Source: Octopus sinensis (Eukaryota). Taken from it: DNA of 64,000 nucleotides. The translations under genes and the position numbers were made by a program. Shown here piece after piece: positions 63,176-64,000 of the stretch. The stretch spans positions 9,176,001 through 9,240,000 of the forward strand of contig NC_043010.1 in assembly GCF_006345805.1 (NCBI RefSeq), given 5' to 3'. A model generated the notes under the pieces. That model saw only the letters and a list, made by a program, of their open reading frames with translations, was not told the DNA's origin and did not search any database. Positions within the stretch are counted from its first letter, which is position 1, and each line of letters opens with the position of its first letter.

Positions 63176-63652
63176 CATCATCATCATCGGCGGCGGCGGC
63201 GGCGGCAGTGTTTAACGTCCGCTTTCCATGCTAGTATGGGTTGGACAGTTTGACTGAGGGCTGGCAACCAGATGGCTGTACCAGGCTCCAGTCTTGATCT
63301 GGCAGAGTTTCTACAGTTGGATGCCCTTCCTAACGTCAACCACTCCGAGAGTGTAGTGGGTGCTTTTACATGCCACAGGCACGGGGGCCAGTTAGGCGGT
63401 ACTGGCAACGACCCCACTCAAATATTTTACATATGCCAATGGCACAGGTGCCAGTAAGGCAATGCTGGTAACGATCCCGCTCGAATGGTGCCTCCTACAT
63501 GCCACCGGCACGGAAGCCAGTTAGCCGCTCTGGCAGCGATCACGCTCAGATGGTGCTCTTAGCACTCCACTAGCATGGGGCACAAGTGCCAGTAAGGCGA
63601 AGCTGGCAACGATCACACTCGAATGGTGCCCTTTATGTGCCACTGGCACGGA
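63176..63652 (-). mobile_element. Retroposon family C with about 5 subrepeats
   Basis: Closely matches the reverse complement of the 9903 copy; tail partly converted to (GCC)n. Confidence 0.85.
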
Positions 63653-63897
63653 TAAATTGTTGCCTATGCAGCTCAAGAGTAATAGTTGCAGGCAAACTAA
63701 TAGACACAATAGGGCTTTCTCTCAGCTACTGTATTTGTTCCCCCGAATTACTACTTTCCTCATTTCTTCAACGGTTTGATTGTCTGCATCACTCTCATTG
63801 CCTGTGAGAGCGTGAGGGTAAACACTTTGTATGAAGAATAAATATCATTAATAATTGGCACGTAAATATCATTACTATCATTAATATCATTAATAAT

Positions 63898-64000
63898 TGG
63901 CACGTAAAAAGCACCATCCGTTCGTGGCCGTTGCCAGTCTCGCCTGGCCCCCGTGCCGGTGGCACGTAAAAAGTACCATCCGTTTGTGGCCGTTGCCAGC
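63898..64000 (+). mobile_element. Family C subrepeats, truncated by the window end
   Basis: TGGCACGTAAAAAGCACCATCCG occurs twice. Confidence 0.8.

Overview
AT-rich, repeat-dense animal DNA, most likely Octopus or another coleoid cephalopod. That assignment is inferred from the protocadherin type and the SINE families. There is one clear host gene: a protocadherin on the minus strand. Its large exon (59161-56717) encodes a signal peptide, 6 cadherin repeats, a TM helix and the start of the cytoplasmic tail, and it is flanked by a splice acceptor and a phase-0 donor. The rest is intronic or intergenic. It holds a 2.3-kb 22-26 bp satellite, many microsatellites and about five SINE-like families, many with visible target-site duplications (TSDs). 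It also holds non-autonomous Helitrons, hAT- and piggyBac-like MITEs, a deleted mariner, a Chapaev-like transposase relic and RTE/CR1 LINE 3' ends. The most notable observation is a perfect 70-bp palindrome carrying back-to-back minimal hammerhead ribozyme motifs (Penelope-like). Also notable are other long fold-backs, nested inverted SINE pairs, a Helitron with an extra 220-bp segment and a locally templated insertion with a TSD. Family labels A-H are my own working names. Nearly all short ORFs in the track are repeat artefacts.
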